64,000 bases of DNA. Source: Malacoraja senta (Eukaryota). Shown here piece after piece: positions 37,812 to 51,300 of this stretch; positions within the stretch are counted from its first letter, which is position 1; the number at the start of each line of letters is the position of its first letter. Made by a program: the position numbers and the translations under genes. A model generated the notes under the pieces. The model was not told the origin of the DNA. It was given only the letters and a program-made list of their open reading frames with translations, and made no database searches. The stretch is from contig CM075989.1 in assembly GCA_038087875.1 (NCBI GenBank), positions 15,872,001 through 15,936,000 of the forward strand. The letters are read 5' to 3'.

Positions 37812-39819
37812 ACATTCAACTAATAATGCTTTGATTTTTTTCTTGAACATCGGCAACGTTTGGAATCTGGGTCTCTTATTTTCTCATGGTTAATGATTGC
37901 TACATGATCTGTATCATCAGATGCCTTACATCATCCAGATTTTGTTGATAAGGCATAGGGGAAAGCAAATAGGATGAGTTTGTAGGCAGATTAGTGAGGT
38001 GTATATTTATGGCAGAGTTATAATTGTGGGTGGTTTCAGGTTAAAAATAGACTGCAATGAAGAAAGCATAAGTGATAAGTTATTTATGCAGTATAAATCA
38101 ACCACCCATCAATCTGTTGCTGCTTCATCAAGGAGTTTTTGGCTTGTTTTGGGATACAAGAACAAAGGGGCCTCTGTAAAGTAGGAAACAGATAAGTAGA
38201 CACCACAACAGAATTAGGTTTAGTGCAAGTACAGAAACAAAGAAATATTAACTGCGGACATGGCTCCTTTGCTGAAAAAAAAACAATGCAAGTGCACATA
38301 AATGGGAGTGACTGTGCAAAGATGAAATCTTTGGAAAAAAATATCAAATCAATTAGCAGCGGGAATTGTTAAAGAAGTTACAATTCAAATTATATGCCAA
38401 ATAAAGAATTCAGGGTTTCTGGAAATTCATAAATTACTTACGACAATAGAAAATTGATCAAAAAGATATTTTTGCTGTGCACCAAGGCTACAGTGAGATC
38501 AGAGACAAGAGGTCCCAGCAGGACCTACACTGTGGACTGTGAGCGGGTTATTGGAAAGTAAGAGCAACTCGATGACACTGCTGACACTGCATCACCTTGA
38601 TGATCACCTCGAACATGCAGGTGGTAAATCACTGGCTAAATTTGATCTCCTTTTATTAATGGGATATTCTGAGGACACTTTTCACATTGTCGGGTAGATG
38701 GCAGTGTTGCAGCTCTGTTGGAACATGACGAAATCCAGAGCACGTCTCCATGACACAGGCAAGAGGGTATTGAGATATTCAATGTGTCCAGTCATTTCCC
38801 AACATCTTCTTCTTGCGTATGGCTTGCACAGCCTAAAGTTGTAGGACAACTTGTTCTATTTGATCTTATTTGATTGTGCACGCCAGGTTGATTGCATTCC
38901 TTGAAACGCGACGGTTGCAATCTCCCACCCCATCAGTTGGAATGAATCGAATTGGCTGAAAGCCGACTTTTGTGATGCTGGGAATCTCAAGAACAGCTCA
39001 GAGATAGTCTTTAATAGGCACTTCAAGCTGATGATATTGCAATAAGTTCAGCCTTTTGTTCTTTAGCTTTCAATGTTTTTCCATTATTCACCAGTGAATG
39101 TGACAGGATAACCAGGCTTCGATGTGATCCTTTGTTTTTAAGATTGCTTGGCCCATAAAAACAGCCGGATCCATTTGGTGTTGTGCACATGTGTACTTCT
39201 ATGTTGTAGCTTCACTAGCTTGATTTTTCATTTACATTCCTCATGGAATCTGACTGGATGGAATATGGGATAAGACAGTCCATGCTCGAGTGCAAATTGG
39301 CATCTGTCGATGGCCCAGACTAACTCATGGGTACCTAGTATTGAGCTGGTGACCTGTTCTGAATCTATCCTCTTTAACACTGTGGAGAGTATTTGTAAAA
39401 GGGATACTTTCATCCCCAAAGGGACTGCTTGTTGATCATCCCAATCAATTCTTCCCATGTGTGGCAGGTAAGTTGGTGAGGACATGGTTTTCTCATTTTC
39501 CGCTCACCACTCACCAATAAGCCAGTCTGGTAACCTTGCCCTTTTGTTGAGTTAATGGTAATGATGCTAAGCCACACCTGGTGTTGGACTTTGTGGTTTT
39601 TCACTTGTTGTTTTCAGTGCTCCTTCCAAAGCACGGTTGCTTCAATCATTGAGTAGCACTTGTTCATCAGTCTAGGCAAGACAGTTCAAGTTCAAGTTCA
39701 AGTTACACTTATTGTCACACGCACCAATTGGTACAGTGATATTTGAGATACCACACAGCCGTACAAATAAAAAAGAACACAATACACGATAGGTATAGGT
39801 ATAGAAGGTATAGATAAAA

Positions 39820-40681
39820 AGCCGGTAGGCAGCGCGACCCACGTCGCAGCGGCCTCTGCAGTCCGTCTGTCTTTTTTTATTTTTTTGTCTCGTTTGAGTG
39901 TAGTGTGTAGTGTATAGTGTTTTTATTTTAAACTGGGTATGTGTGGGGGGTGGGTGGGGAAATTTTTTAAAAATCTTTTCCCTGTATGGAGGATCCGACC
40001 TTTCTCTGTCAAGTCTCTGTTGTCGTTGGGGCCTAGCACCGTGGAGAGGCCTCCAACCAGAACGACCTGGGGCTCCAGTCGCGGAGCCTGCGGACTACTC
40101 ACCATCGTGGAGCTGGCCGAGTTCGGAGCGTGGAGAGCTGTGGTGGCGCGCTGCTGCGGCCCGACCCCGGAGATTCGGAGGCTCTAGCCGCAGGCCTGGT
40201 GGACGGTGACATCGGGAGCTCGCGGGTCCCTGGTGGGAGACCGCTTTTCGGAGCTCCTGCAACGGCAGCTACTCCCGCCCGTTGCGGGGTTGAAGATGAC
40301 CTGGAGCGGGGTCTTACATCGCCCGGCGCGGCTTTAATGGCCGCAGGACTTGCTAGCGCCCGCCGGGGGCTCCAACATCAAGACCCGGAGCGTGCCCTTG
40401 CATCACCCGGCGCGGCCTGAATGGCCGCGGGACTTACTTACCATCGCCCCCTGGGGGCTTTGACTTTGACATCGGGAGGAGAATGGGGAGTGCAGGGGAG
40501 AGACAAGACTTTGCCTTCCATCACAGTGAGGAGGAGATTCACTGTGATGGATGTTTGTGTAAATTGTGTTGTGTCTTGGTTCTTTTCTTGTTGTATGACT
40601 GCAGAAACCAAATTTCGTTTGAACTTCATTTGAGGTCCAAATGATAATAAACGGTATTGTATTGTATTGTATTGTATTGTA
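39820..40681 (+). mobile_element. GC-rich retroposon 3' portion ending AATAAA-(TATTG)n, nested in a minus-strand LINE tail (39686-~40740)
   Basis: CpG-rich block with internal ~60-80 bp repeats and a polyA signal plus microsatellite tail. The host element has a (TTCAAG)3 tail at 39687-39704. Family not identified. Confidence 0.5.
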
Positions 40682-42776
40682 TAGAGTTTAACATAAACAT
40701 CCCCACAGCAGGCGGTAAACACCACCTTTACCTTGTCCACATGGATTCTAGTGTCTACACTGATGACTTCCAAGGCCACTGTCTACCCAGTGCAACCAAC
40801 TGGGCTGTCAGCTGCTTTCTCTGTCCTGCTGAAGGATCAGGACACGGCCAGCAAAAGTGATGGGACATTGGCCAAAAGATATTGGTGAGGTTGTTACTTG
40901 CCTGTTGCCCCGTTGAATGATGGCACAAATCACTGACGTTCATGAGGGGAATTTTGAAGGTCAGTTGGACAGAATATCTTTTTGTCTCAGTTAAATCCAG
41001 ACCCTAACCAATGCAGGGTTGCCAGGTGAGTTTATTCTGACTAATTGAAGCTGCAGAAGCTGGTTTACCAAAGAAGACCCGGAATGCTGGAGAACCTCAG
41101 CGGGTCAGGCATCATTTCAGGAGAACATGGATAGATGATGTTTCACATTGGGACCCTTCTTCAGTTGCCTATTATTGTTCTCCTGAGATGCTCTCTGACC
41201 CACTGTGCTGTTCCAACACTCTGTATCAAATCTTTAGTAGCTTGATACAATTCAATGGTCATTTCACCATGTCCCCCGATCATACTAGTCCAGTAACATT
41301 ACCACTACACTACTGTACGTAACGTTGTAGCATCTTTTTCGTTATCATTCTCTACCAGCATTGAGCTATCTCACTGCATCACCATATTTCACCAATATCG
41401 CTACATTTTACAACATAAAGCCTATTTCTTCTTTCCACTGTTGCCTTGTGTGGTTCTAACTCATGCTTTCCAACCTACTTCAACTCCCACCACTGTTTTT
41501 GCAGATAGAAATCTTCAGACATAATCAAAGCTGGGGAGGGCGACATTACATGACATAAAGAGAGGAGTGTTACAACATTGCGATCATGGCAATCTGTTGT
41601 AAAACAGTCGTTCGATAGCAAGGGAAGGTTTTACAAGGAAATACCACTTGATTTGTAGCTTTATGATATTGTCTTGTAAAGATGTCCGAAGCAGGTTTCT
41701 CCAAATATAGTGAATTGCTTTTCTGTATGTATTGTAATAACATCATTTCTATATATACAAAAGGTGGAATTACAGCCAACATTTGGAAAGTTGCACTAAT
41801 AAAAGGTAATCCTCCAAGTTTTCCACATGCAATTAGTGTACAGTCCAAGGTAGAGTTCAAGCGAGCAGTCGCTTGTCTCAATAGTAATGGCACATGCTGG
41901 AAGTTAATGTGTCTGTTGAGTTATCACTGGAATGTTTTTCAAACCATTGTGAGTTTCCAAGCACCAGTTGCATTGCATAAAAAATGCCATAAGCACCAAT
42001 CCTTTACTATAAAAAGGTTTGATTCTAATTGAATTTGTTACTTGATTTATTTTAATGTTAATAATGTGACCTCCCACATAAAACCGACAGTTTTATGAAA
42101 CTTCCTCTTTGACCTTGCTCTTGGGCCAGAACCATGCCACATAATTGATATCATGCTACAGCTTAATTCTATAGCCGCCGTGAATCTAAAAATCCCACTG
42201 ACCGTGGCGAAAATTAAGCTGAATTATGGCCGAATATAAAATGGAAAAATGACTTTCTGGAAGTTTCTACATAAGAATAGACACCAAGGGCTGGATATAT
42301 GTTTTAAAACTAATTTACAGTGCAATAGTGGAACTGATATTTGTTTCCCTTGCATCCTCTACACTCTGCGACTTGTTTTGGATAAATTACCATCCCCAGT
42401 CTCTGTCATTTAAATCAGCTGAAGTAGGCAGTTACTAGAATACAGCAATCTGCAATTAATAAAACAATTGCATTAATATTAGCCAGCACGGTGAGATTGT
42501 AGAGTAGTCAGTGAAATTCTTACCTCCATCATAATACAAGTTTAGACTCAACAATGCTGTGTTCATTTACAACGTATAAAACCTATTACTCTGAATCTGA
42601 ATTTCAAATTGTCAATTGATTATGATCCTATCAATTGATTGATCAGGTGTTACATGGTTGCGTCTATTTCTGAAGCTAAATTCACACCTACATGGCATAT
42701 AGTCTGAACCTGGTGTATTGAGACCATAAGGATAGACAGAATATGGAATATAAAACATAGAATTTAGAAAACAAAG

Positions 42777-42976
42777 NNNNNNNNNNNNNNNNNNNNNNNN
42801 NNNNNNNNNNNNNNNNNNNNNNNNNNNNNNNNNNNNNNNNNNNNNNNNNNNNNNNNNNNNNNNNNNNNNNNNNNNNNNNNNNNNNNNNNNNNNNNNNNNN
42901 NNNNNNNNNNNNNNNNNNNNNNNNNNNNNNNNNNNNNNNNNNNNNNNNNNNNNNNNNNNNNNNNNNNNNNNNNNNN
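42777..42976. other. Assembly gap (200 N)
   Basis: Exactly 200 N, a fixed-size scaffolding placeholder. Confidence 0.99.
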
Positions 42977-45900
42977 ATGGCTTGCATTTGAGGTCATGAC
43001 AATTATTCCATTCTTTTTATGTTACTCTAAAAGGTAAGGATGTCCCCAACTTTGTGTTCTAGTTCAGAATCTATTCCTGAGATAAAGATCTCATATAACA
43101 AGATAATGACCATAAACTAAATCATCACTTACCAGGCTTTGCCCACTCTCACCTCTTTTACAGCATTCTCCCCCCCAAAACCTGAAGAAGGATCCTGACC
43201 CAAAATGTTGTCTATCCATATTCTTCAGAGATGCTACTTGACCAGCTGAAATACTCCAGAAAATTGTTTTCTATGCAAGAATTTGCAGTTACTAGCATTT
43301 GCAGTTCTTTGTGTCTCCATAAACTAAACTACACTGTGTACAGGAAGGAAAATAGTGTAGCAAATTCAACTGTTAAATGATAGTGGCATGATTTAGAATA
43401 ATGAGTAGTATTTTAACTATAACATTCTTCTTGGTTATTAAATGTAATATGTTTTCATCAAGAAATTCAGTATCAAATGAACTCAACTGTGGAAACAGTC
43501 CAGTCGTCTGTATAAAACTTTGGTCCATGTACTTGTACCCTTACATTGGTATTATAATCCATCCACAAGTTTAATTCTGAAACATAGAATAGAGAGATCT
43601 AAGACAAGACACAAAAAGCTGGAGTAACTCATCGCTGGAGAAAAGGAATAGGTGACATTTCAGGTCGAGACCCTTCTTCAGGCCCGAAACATCACCCATT
43701 CCTTTTCTCCAGAGATGCTGCCTGACCCACTGATTTACTCCATTGTCTGTCTTCGGTTTAAACCAGCATCTGCAGTTCCTCCCTACACAATAGAAAGATC
43801 TAAGTGTTTTAATTCATTTGAGAACATTTGCTCTATTTAAGTACCCAAAGAACGTCCTGTACATCCTGCGATGGCTGAGGATGGATCAATATTTATTTTA
43901 AATAGAGTTGCTCAACTCTTTTTTCTCTCCCAATATTCAGTAAAGTTTAAATTGATTTACTATGCAGCACGATAGCTGGAGAATTAGCCTCAGCAATTCT
44001 CACGGATGTTTTTACATTTTCAGCCTCACACATGTTTTGGTACCGGAAAAGTTTTCACATCCCAAATAATGGTTTCCCACATGAGGAATAACTTTAGGTG
44101 AACGGAGGATTGAATGAATGGGAATTTCTTGCGTTTTAATTGATTTAGTAGCTGGTTGCAACTTCATTCCATAAAAAAATAATTCCTTTCTCATATGTGG
44201 CTTCCTGCTTTGAGAGTTCTCGACTCCCATGCTCAGAGAGGCAGACATCAAATACTCAACTATTTTTGAAGCATTAGCAGCTGTTTGGCTCCTAGTGTCT
44301 TCCAACTCATGGAATGACACAGTTTTGTAAATATTCCATAGCCTCATGCACACTGGGCACCTGTGCCTAAGACAATGCAGGAAATTTCATATCCTGTTCC
44401 AACTTAAGAACTTCATTTCCGGTTCTTTGGAACATTCAGAGCTGACAATTATCATCGTAATGGAAGAGATATGGGCCTGGGGAACACAAGTGTACTTTGA
44501 GATGCATTCAGTTTTACAATAAAAATGTTGCACAGATTTAATAATAGAAATTCCAAACAGTTATACTACGGCCATTTATCAATTGTTATTAACATTTGCG
44601 ATATAATAATAATCCTTCCATGCTTGACTCCAAATACAATCATTAGCTTATAACATATGTGCCATGAAACTATATACGCACCATATTATGAGGATCCTGA
44701 ACAGATACCAAACTGGAATTCCTACTGAAATAGGAGAATCTCCATGTTATAGTGGCTGCAATAAAGCCACGGTCACAAGGCTAATTAAATGCAGTTTTGC
44801 ATCTTGCATCGTACTTTCTTTTATCGCCGAAAAGGTCATGCAAGGATTGAATTTCAAAATCATTACTTTAATACCCCTGATCGATTTTAATGTGTTCATA
44901 GGCAAGGAACTTCATTGATGTGTCCATACAGCAAAACAATGTTCACCCCAGGAAATTGGCTCCTACTGAGGTCAACCGCAGAAACAGCTCACCATTGGTA
45001 TCTGTTATCTCCTGATGAGGTGCAGATACACGAATGCTTGGAGAAATCAAATAACTGACAGGAGTCTTTAATTCTGACAGGAAAAAAGGAGGGTGCAATT
45101 ACTTTTGCAAATTTGTGATTTTTACCTCATATTACTAAATAATGTTATGTGATTCAAATGGATGAGCTCCAGTCCAGTTATGTCATAGGCAGACACAAAG
45201 AACTGCAGATGTTTTATACAAAAAAAGACACCAAGTGCTGGATTAATTCAGCGGATCAGGCTGCACCTTTGGAAAACATGGATAAGGTCCTGAACCGTAA
45301 ACATCGCCTATCCATGTTCTCCAGAGAAGCTACTAGGTCCACTGAGTTACTCCAGCACTTTGTGCCATTTTTACGGGTAACTATGTATTAATGAAGAAAA
45401 AACCCATCAGGAATTAGTTGTTCATGCAACCTTTAAACTAAGGAGAGATGTATGAAGGGATCATAGAGAGGAAATAAACAACTTGGAAATTGAGCTGCAA
45501 ATATAAATAGATAAATCGCAATAAAACCAATTTTCTCTCCCTCATCCACAGATTCTTCTGCAGACTGCCTTTTGGTCAGGTAAGCATGATGCATTCTCAG
45601 AATTAATATTATTTCAAATCAAGTAAGATTAAATGGAAGCATGACTGAAGTGAATGAATAGCAGGACATCAAATGCATTTTGCATAATGAAGACTTTATT
45701 TTGCAGTCAGATTAATAACTTAGACTAACGGTGCAAAAAGAGGAAACAAATCAAAAACATGAGCCCCACCTGACCTGTATAGGAATAGTTACAGTGCCTT
45801 ATACAATCCCTGTTAATGCACTTCCAAATGTAAACTACCTGTTATTCCCATTACCCTTGATCAGGGGTGGGGAACCTTTTCATGGTGGAATGCCGCATTA

Positions 45901-47973
45901 AGTTAGCTGTAATCTAATAAGGCCGCATCCAAGAAACATCAATTAGATATACTTCAAAATGTACATTATTTGGTTAAAATAGCCCTCATGACTTACTAAT
46001 GTTTTAATTGTGGCCGTCAGTCGGAGAGGATTATTTCGTTGAATCTTCTTTTACTCTTTAGTATTTTAAATACGTTCATTTTAAGATTAATATAAAAATA
46101 ACAAAAGACAAACAAAAACATACTAATAAAAATAAAAGGATTTGTTCTACAAAATTTGGATTCGTTCAAAAGACCACACTTAATGGCCTAGAAGGCCGCA
46201 GGTTCCCCACCCCTGCCCAAGATCATTTCCCGCCATACTTCCTGTGTTAGAAAGATGTCTATTTGAAGAAAGCAATGTGAACGAATCCATTTGAGCTGAT
46301 AGTTTGCCTTATTGATTTCTGATTCTCGAATTGGTTGCAATCCAATTTTACAGTTAACAAAATGTTCTTACCATCAACAACATTCACTAACTGTTTTTAC
46401 TTGTTTATCTAATATATAAATTTTCCCTTCCAGTCAAAATCCTTTACGTTCAAATATATATGTTACTTGAGGTATTATGACCATAAGTGGAGACAGATTT
46501 TTAATATTGCAGACAAGGAACTGCACATGCTGGAATCCTGAGCAAAACACAAAGTGACTGGAGGAACTCAGTGAGTCAGGCAGCATCTCTGGAGGTATTG
46601 TCCTTTCCTTCCACAGATTCAGCCTGCCCCGCCAATTTCCTCCAGCAATTTGTGTTATTGCAGATGGACTGCACACGTTAGGTGGATCTGGTTTTGATGG
46701 AGAAGCTGTAGTCCAGCATTGTCACCTCTGATTCACTGTTCTCTAATTATTTAAACACACCATGTCAAGATCTTTTAACATTTATCTGTGAGATTTCTAG
46801 GTGAAAATAACAAACTATGACACAAATGTTTTAACTTATTAAATCTAAGATGGGTCTGCAAAATAGTTTAATATTTTAAACTCTTATTCTAAGTTTTAAC
46901 GGTTAGTTTTATATCCATTATGGTTACACTACTGACACAAAGAGACTGGGCTAAGACTACTTCCTCCAATGGGCAATGCTAAAAAAGTATTATTTGAATA
47001 TGCCACATGGGCCAATGAGCTGGAGTTGGTGCAGGCCGTAAGACTATACGAGTTAGAGCAAACAGTTTATTCCACAATTAATGAAGTCAATTTAGTTTGA
47101 AGGCATACAATTTAAAGAGTGTAGGAAATAGAAATGATTGCAACCTCTCCCCAGAAAGCTGGAAAATACAGTGAGTGAAGAATTGTTAGCCACAAACCAA
47201 ATGTACAAAATCAATCACAGTCACTTACAGTATGTTCACTGAGTTTGACCTAAGGAAGAATTAACCATCATGTTAATGACCCTTGGCATAGTCACTAATC
47301 TAGTACCAAGACATTTTACTCAGAAGCCCCCTTTCGGAGATGGAATGAATGGTGTTAAAACGGCACCATTACTATCACCACATTAACATCACTTTCAAAC
47401 TATCCAATAGTTAGTTTCTTTGATTGCGTTAGTAGAGGAAGAGGGACTCTGTGGCAGTCTGATGGTGACAGGGATATCTCCTGCTGCCTTTAAGTTTACT
47501 ATCATAACATCTATGAAACATTTGGACAGGTACATGGATAGGATCGGTTGAGAGGGTTATGGGTCAAGCATGGACAGGTGGGACTAGTGTAGATGGGGCC
47601 TGTTGGTTGGCGAGGGCATGTTGGGCCGAAGGGTCAGTTTCCACACTGTATGATTCTATATCTATATCTATTCTATGACTACTCTCTGCAGACCATTCAA
47701 ACTCTGGCAACTGACCCCTACATTGCCCATTGGGCAGTACACATCCCACCACACCAGGAGATGCTCTCTGGCTGATTATGACTGAGAGAGCCACAAGTGT
47801 CATACATAAGTTTTGGTTTGGGCAAATAGTGATCACCCTCATGGCCTAATGATGGTCTGGATAGCAACTGATATGGTGGTGAAACCATGATCTAGAACAT
47901 ACATGAGGGGTGGAGGGTGGGAGGGTGGGATTGATGCTGGACATATAGTCAGCAGGAACAGGCACAACTATAA

Positions 47974-48378
47974 TGATCGTTTCGCTGAACACCTCCGCTC
48001 GGTCAGCATTAACCAACCTGATCTCCCTTTGGCTCAGCACTTCAACTCCCCCTCCCATTCCGAATCCGACCTTTCTGTCCTGGGCCTCCTCCATTGCCAG
48101 AGTGAGCACCACCGGAAACTGGAGGAGCAGCACCTCATATTCCACTTGGGCAGTCTGCATCCCAGTGGTCTGAACATTGACCTCCAATTTCCGGTAGCCC
48201 TTGCTGTCTCCTCCCCTTCCCTCAGCCCTCTGGCTCCTCCTCTTCCTTTCTTCTTCCTGACCCCCCCCTCCCCCCACCCTGCATCAGTCTGAAGAAGGGT
48301 TTCGGCCCGAAACGTTGCCTATTTCATTCGCTCCAGAGATGCTGCCGTACCCGCTGAGTTTCTCCAGCTATTTTGTCT
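47974..48378 (+). mobile_element. Duplicate of the Penelope-like fragment
   Basis: Copy of 18559-18963 in the duplicated block. Confidence 0.85.
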
Positions 48379-51300
48379 AGGCACAACTATAACACTTGTA
48401 TGAATTAGCTCCGTACAGCCTGAGTAGATCTGTATAGGGACAACTTAGTTTAGTTTGCTTTAGAGATACAACGTGGAAACAGGTCCTTTGGCTCACTGAG
48501 TTCACACCGACAACCGATCACCCATACACTAGTTCCATGTCCTACAGACTAGGACCAATGTACAGCAGTCAATTAGCCTACAAACTTGTACATCTTCGGA
48601 ATGTGGGAGAAAGCCAGAACACCTGTAAAAACCCACGTGGTCACAGGGAGAACTCCTCACAGACAGCACCCGCAGTCAGGATCAAACCTGTGTTTCTGGC
48701 ACTGTGAGGATCTAGTCCGAGCCAATTACTAATCTAATTAACACTTCCTTTTAATTTCATTAACCTTTAACTGCACTAAAACATTTTCACATACCTCCTT
48801 TATAAAACATTTTAAAAACTTAAATGTATATGTTTTAATATTTACTGGAAAACATATTTATTAATATATATCATATTTACATGTTTCCTTGTGGTAAACA
48901 TTGAATTGGATACAATGTTTAACAACAGCAAATACTTGAACATGCATTTACCATGTTGTGACAGAGCATCCAGAGTCAATCTTTTCCCCTGGTTTGAATG
49001 ATCCCAGAAGGGTTTTTTTCTGCACAAACCAATTTGCACAATTTGGAAAGGTTATAACACCTAATAATCACCTGCCCCACTGTTTGTAAATGGTATGTTG
49101 CGGCAAGTATTATTGAAGGAGAGTATCCCTAACAAAGTGATAATACTGCAAGTAGGGACAGTGTTAGAGTGGAACGCCCAGTAAAATGGTGTGATTGCTC
49201 CCTTTACAAGACTCTTAAAAACAGGGTTGTGAACTAGCCATGAGTCATACTAGGTAATAGTGACTGCTGGAAAATATTATCTTTTAATACTATTGTGAAT
49301 GATGAGGTATTCCTGATGAGTTTTTATAGTTTCAATGAGTCACAGATGTGTTTTTTCTCTCTTTTCTTTGTTGTCGCACAAAACGGTACTATTACCATCA
49401 CAAACCATCAGCAGGAAGTTACAAAAAAGTGCTTCCAATCATCACTAATAACAGGGACACACCCCTTCTAACCATTGCACCAAGAATTATTTCTATACAC
49501 TCTGCTAGCTTTGGAAATCTTGTTTAGCATTTCTACTATTCGATATATTAATAGATTTCCCCAGTATTAATGCTGAGCTTGTGAATTTTAAATCAATTCC
49601 TTACATCAATTCATTTGATGAATAAAGTTTTTACTCATCAAATGTTAACCAAATTCAATGGACATCTTTATCTGGATTCAAAGGAAGTTTTATTATTATT
49701 TAATTATGTTTATTTTTGCAATCATCTTAAAGTATTAGTGCACTGTATGAAATATAACACTTCATATTTATATATACTTTCACTGTAGTTAACATTCTAT
49801 GTTTGGGTGGACTAAGGAAGTCCAAAAACCAGGAAAGTATTTATAGGACAGTAAATGGTCTGAGGAAATCAGCAAGCAGTTTTATTCAACAAGTCAGAAA
49901 CTGAAATTGGTTTATTCTACTATCTATATTTGCCAAAAACTAACTTTATAAAGAATATAAAGCTGTTGTGCTGTTCCTAAGGGCAACCAATATAAAATAT
50001 TAATCACTTCTGCAAACTCCAGTCTCACTGTGACCCATAAAATGCACAAAGTCCCATTAAGGCCATTTACCCTGTTTTTTCTCTTATAAGTTTTAAACTG
50101 CAAATTAGATTGAAGGTCAAATCTAATTATAAACCTTTACATTATAAATGCACTCCAGCTGTCATTATCCTAAATATCTTTTTCGTCTGATGCAAATTGT
50201 AAAGTTGCCATTCTGAATAAAACTTAGTCTAAATAGTTGAACATTGTTGATGCAATCCTGCACACCGAGTAACCCATTAGATATCAGCATGATAAACATA
50301 AAAGTCTGTCCCAATTCCTTTCCCAGTGACACCATGAATACCATTCTTAGATTGATCTACCAGGAGGCAGCCTTGAGGGAGGTGGCTTGCCTCATGGAGT
50401 GAGGAAAAGGATGGGACAAGACGTATGCCATTCCCTTCCTCCCAACGTCTTGGATGAGAATTGCAGGAACTCAAGCAAACAAAAGAAAAACAAATGGAGA
50501 AGGTTTTGGTGGATTGGTTACTACACTGGGAGCTCTCAGCCAACAATCCAATATACTTTGGCATAGAGATCAAATGTTTAATAGAGATCAAATGATTACA
50601 TCTATTCCCCGTGAAACACTGTTAAAACACTATGTTTACACACATGATCATAAATGCTTGCATGCATTTTCTACACTAATTCCCACTCAATGTTCTGGCA
50701 GAGTATTCAACGCCAGACTGTTTACTCGTAAAATGTCTTCAATTTTGCGAATATTTTCCAAGGAACCAATACACTCCGTGCTGGATTGAGAACAGGTATG
50801 ATGAGGACTATAAATTCTGTGTTACCAGCCACTGCTGTTCTATAATCTACCAACAAGATGTTGTTAGATTACAGAGCAGCAGGGAGTATGGAGTAGAGAG
50901 AGTCAGGGAAACAACTATATCCTGAAGACCGTCTCTACTTGGTAGTGAATTAAACATCTTTAAATGACCACTTCTTCAGCTAATCTCTGGAAGCTGGTAA
51001 ATTAGACGCTGCTAAAGAGTGCAGCTTATTTGTAGTTGTTTTATTTTCAAATATTGATATGCTTTATTGTTCTACTTTGCAAAAAAACCAAAACTACTTT
51101 GGCACAGTGGTCGAGTTGTTGCCTTACAGTGCCAGAGACCCGGGTTCGATCCTGACTAAGGGTGCTGTCTGTAGTGTTTGTGCATTCTCCCTGTGACCGC
51201 AGGGGTTTCCTCCGGGTGCTCCAATTTCCTCCCACACTCTAAAGACGTGCAGGTTTGTTGCCTAAATGGCTTCGGTAAAAATTGCAAATTGTCCCTAGTG

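Noticed and set aside
39820-40500. CpG-island promoter or coding exon of another gene
   Set aside because: The GC-rich block ends in AATAAA plus a microsatellite tail and is nested in another repeat; its ORFs have no recognisable homology.
1841-42776. Canonical DR5/DR2 retinoic-acid response element
   Set aside because: Only isolated AGGTCA half-sites were seen by eye (e.g. 15554, 20700, 25812). No convincing direct repeat was found; a PWM scan would be needed to exclude one.
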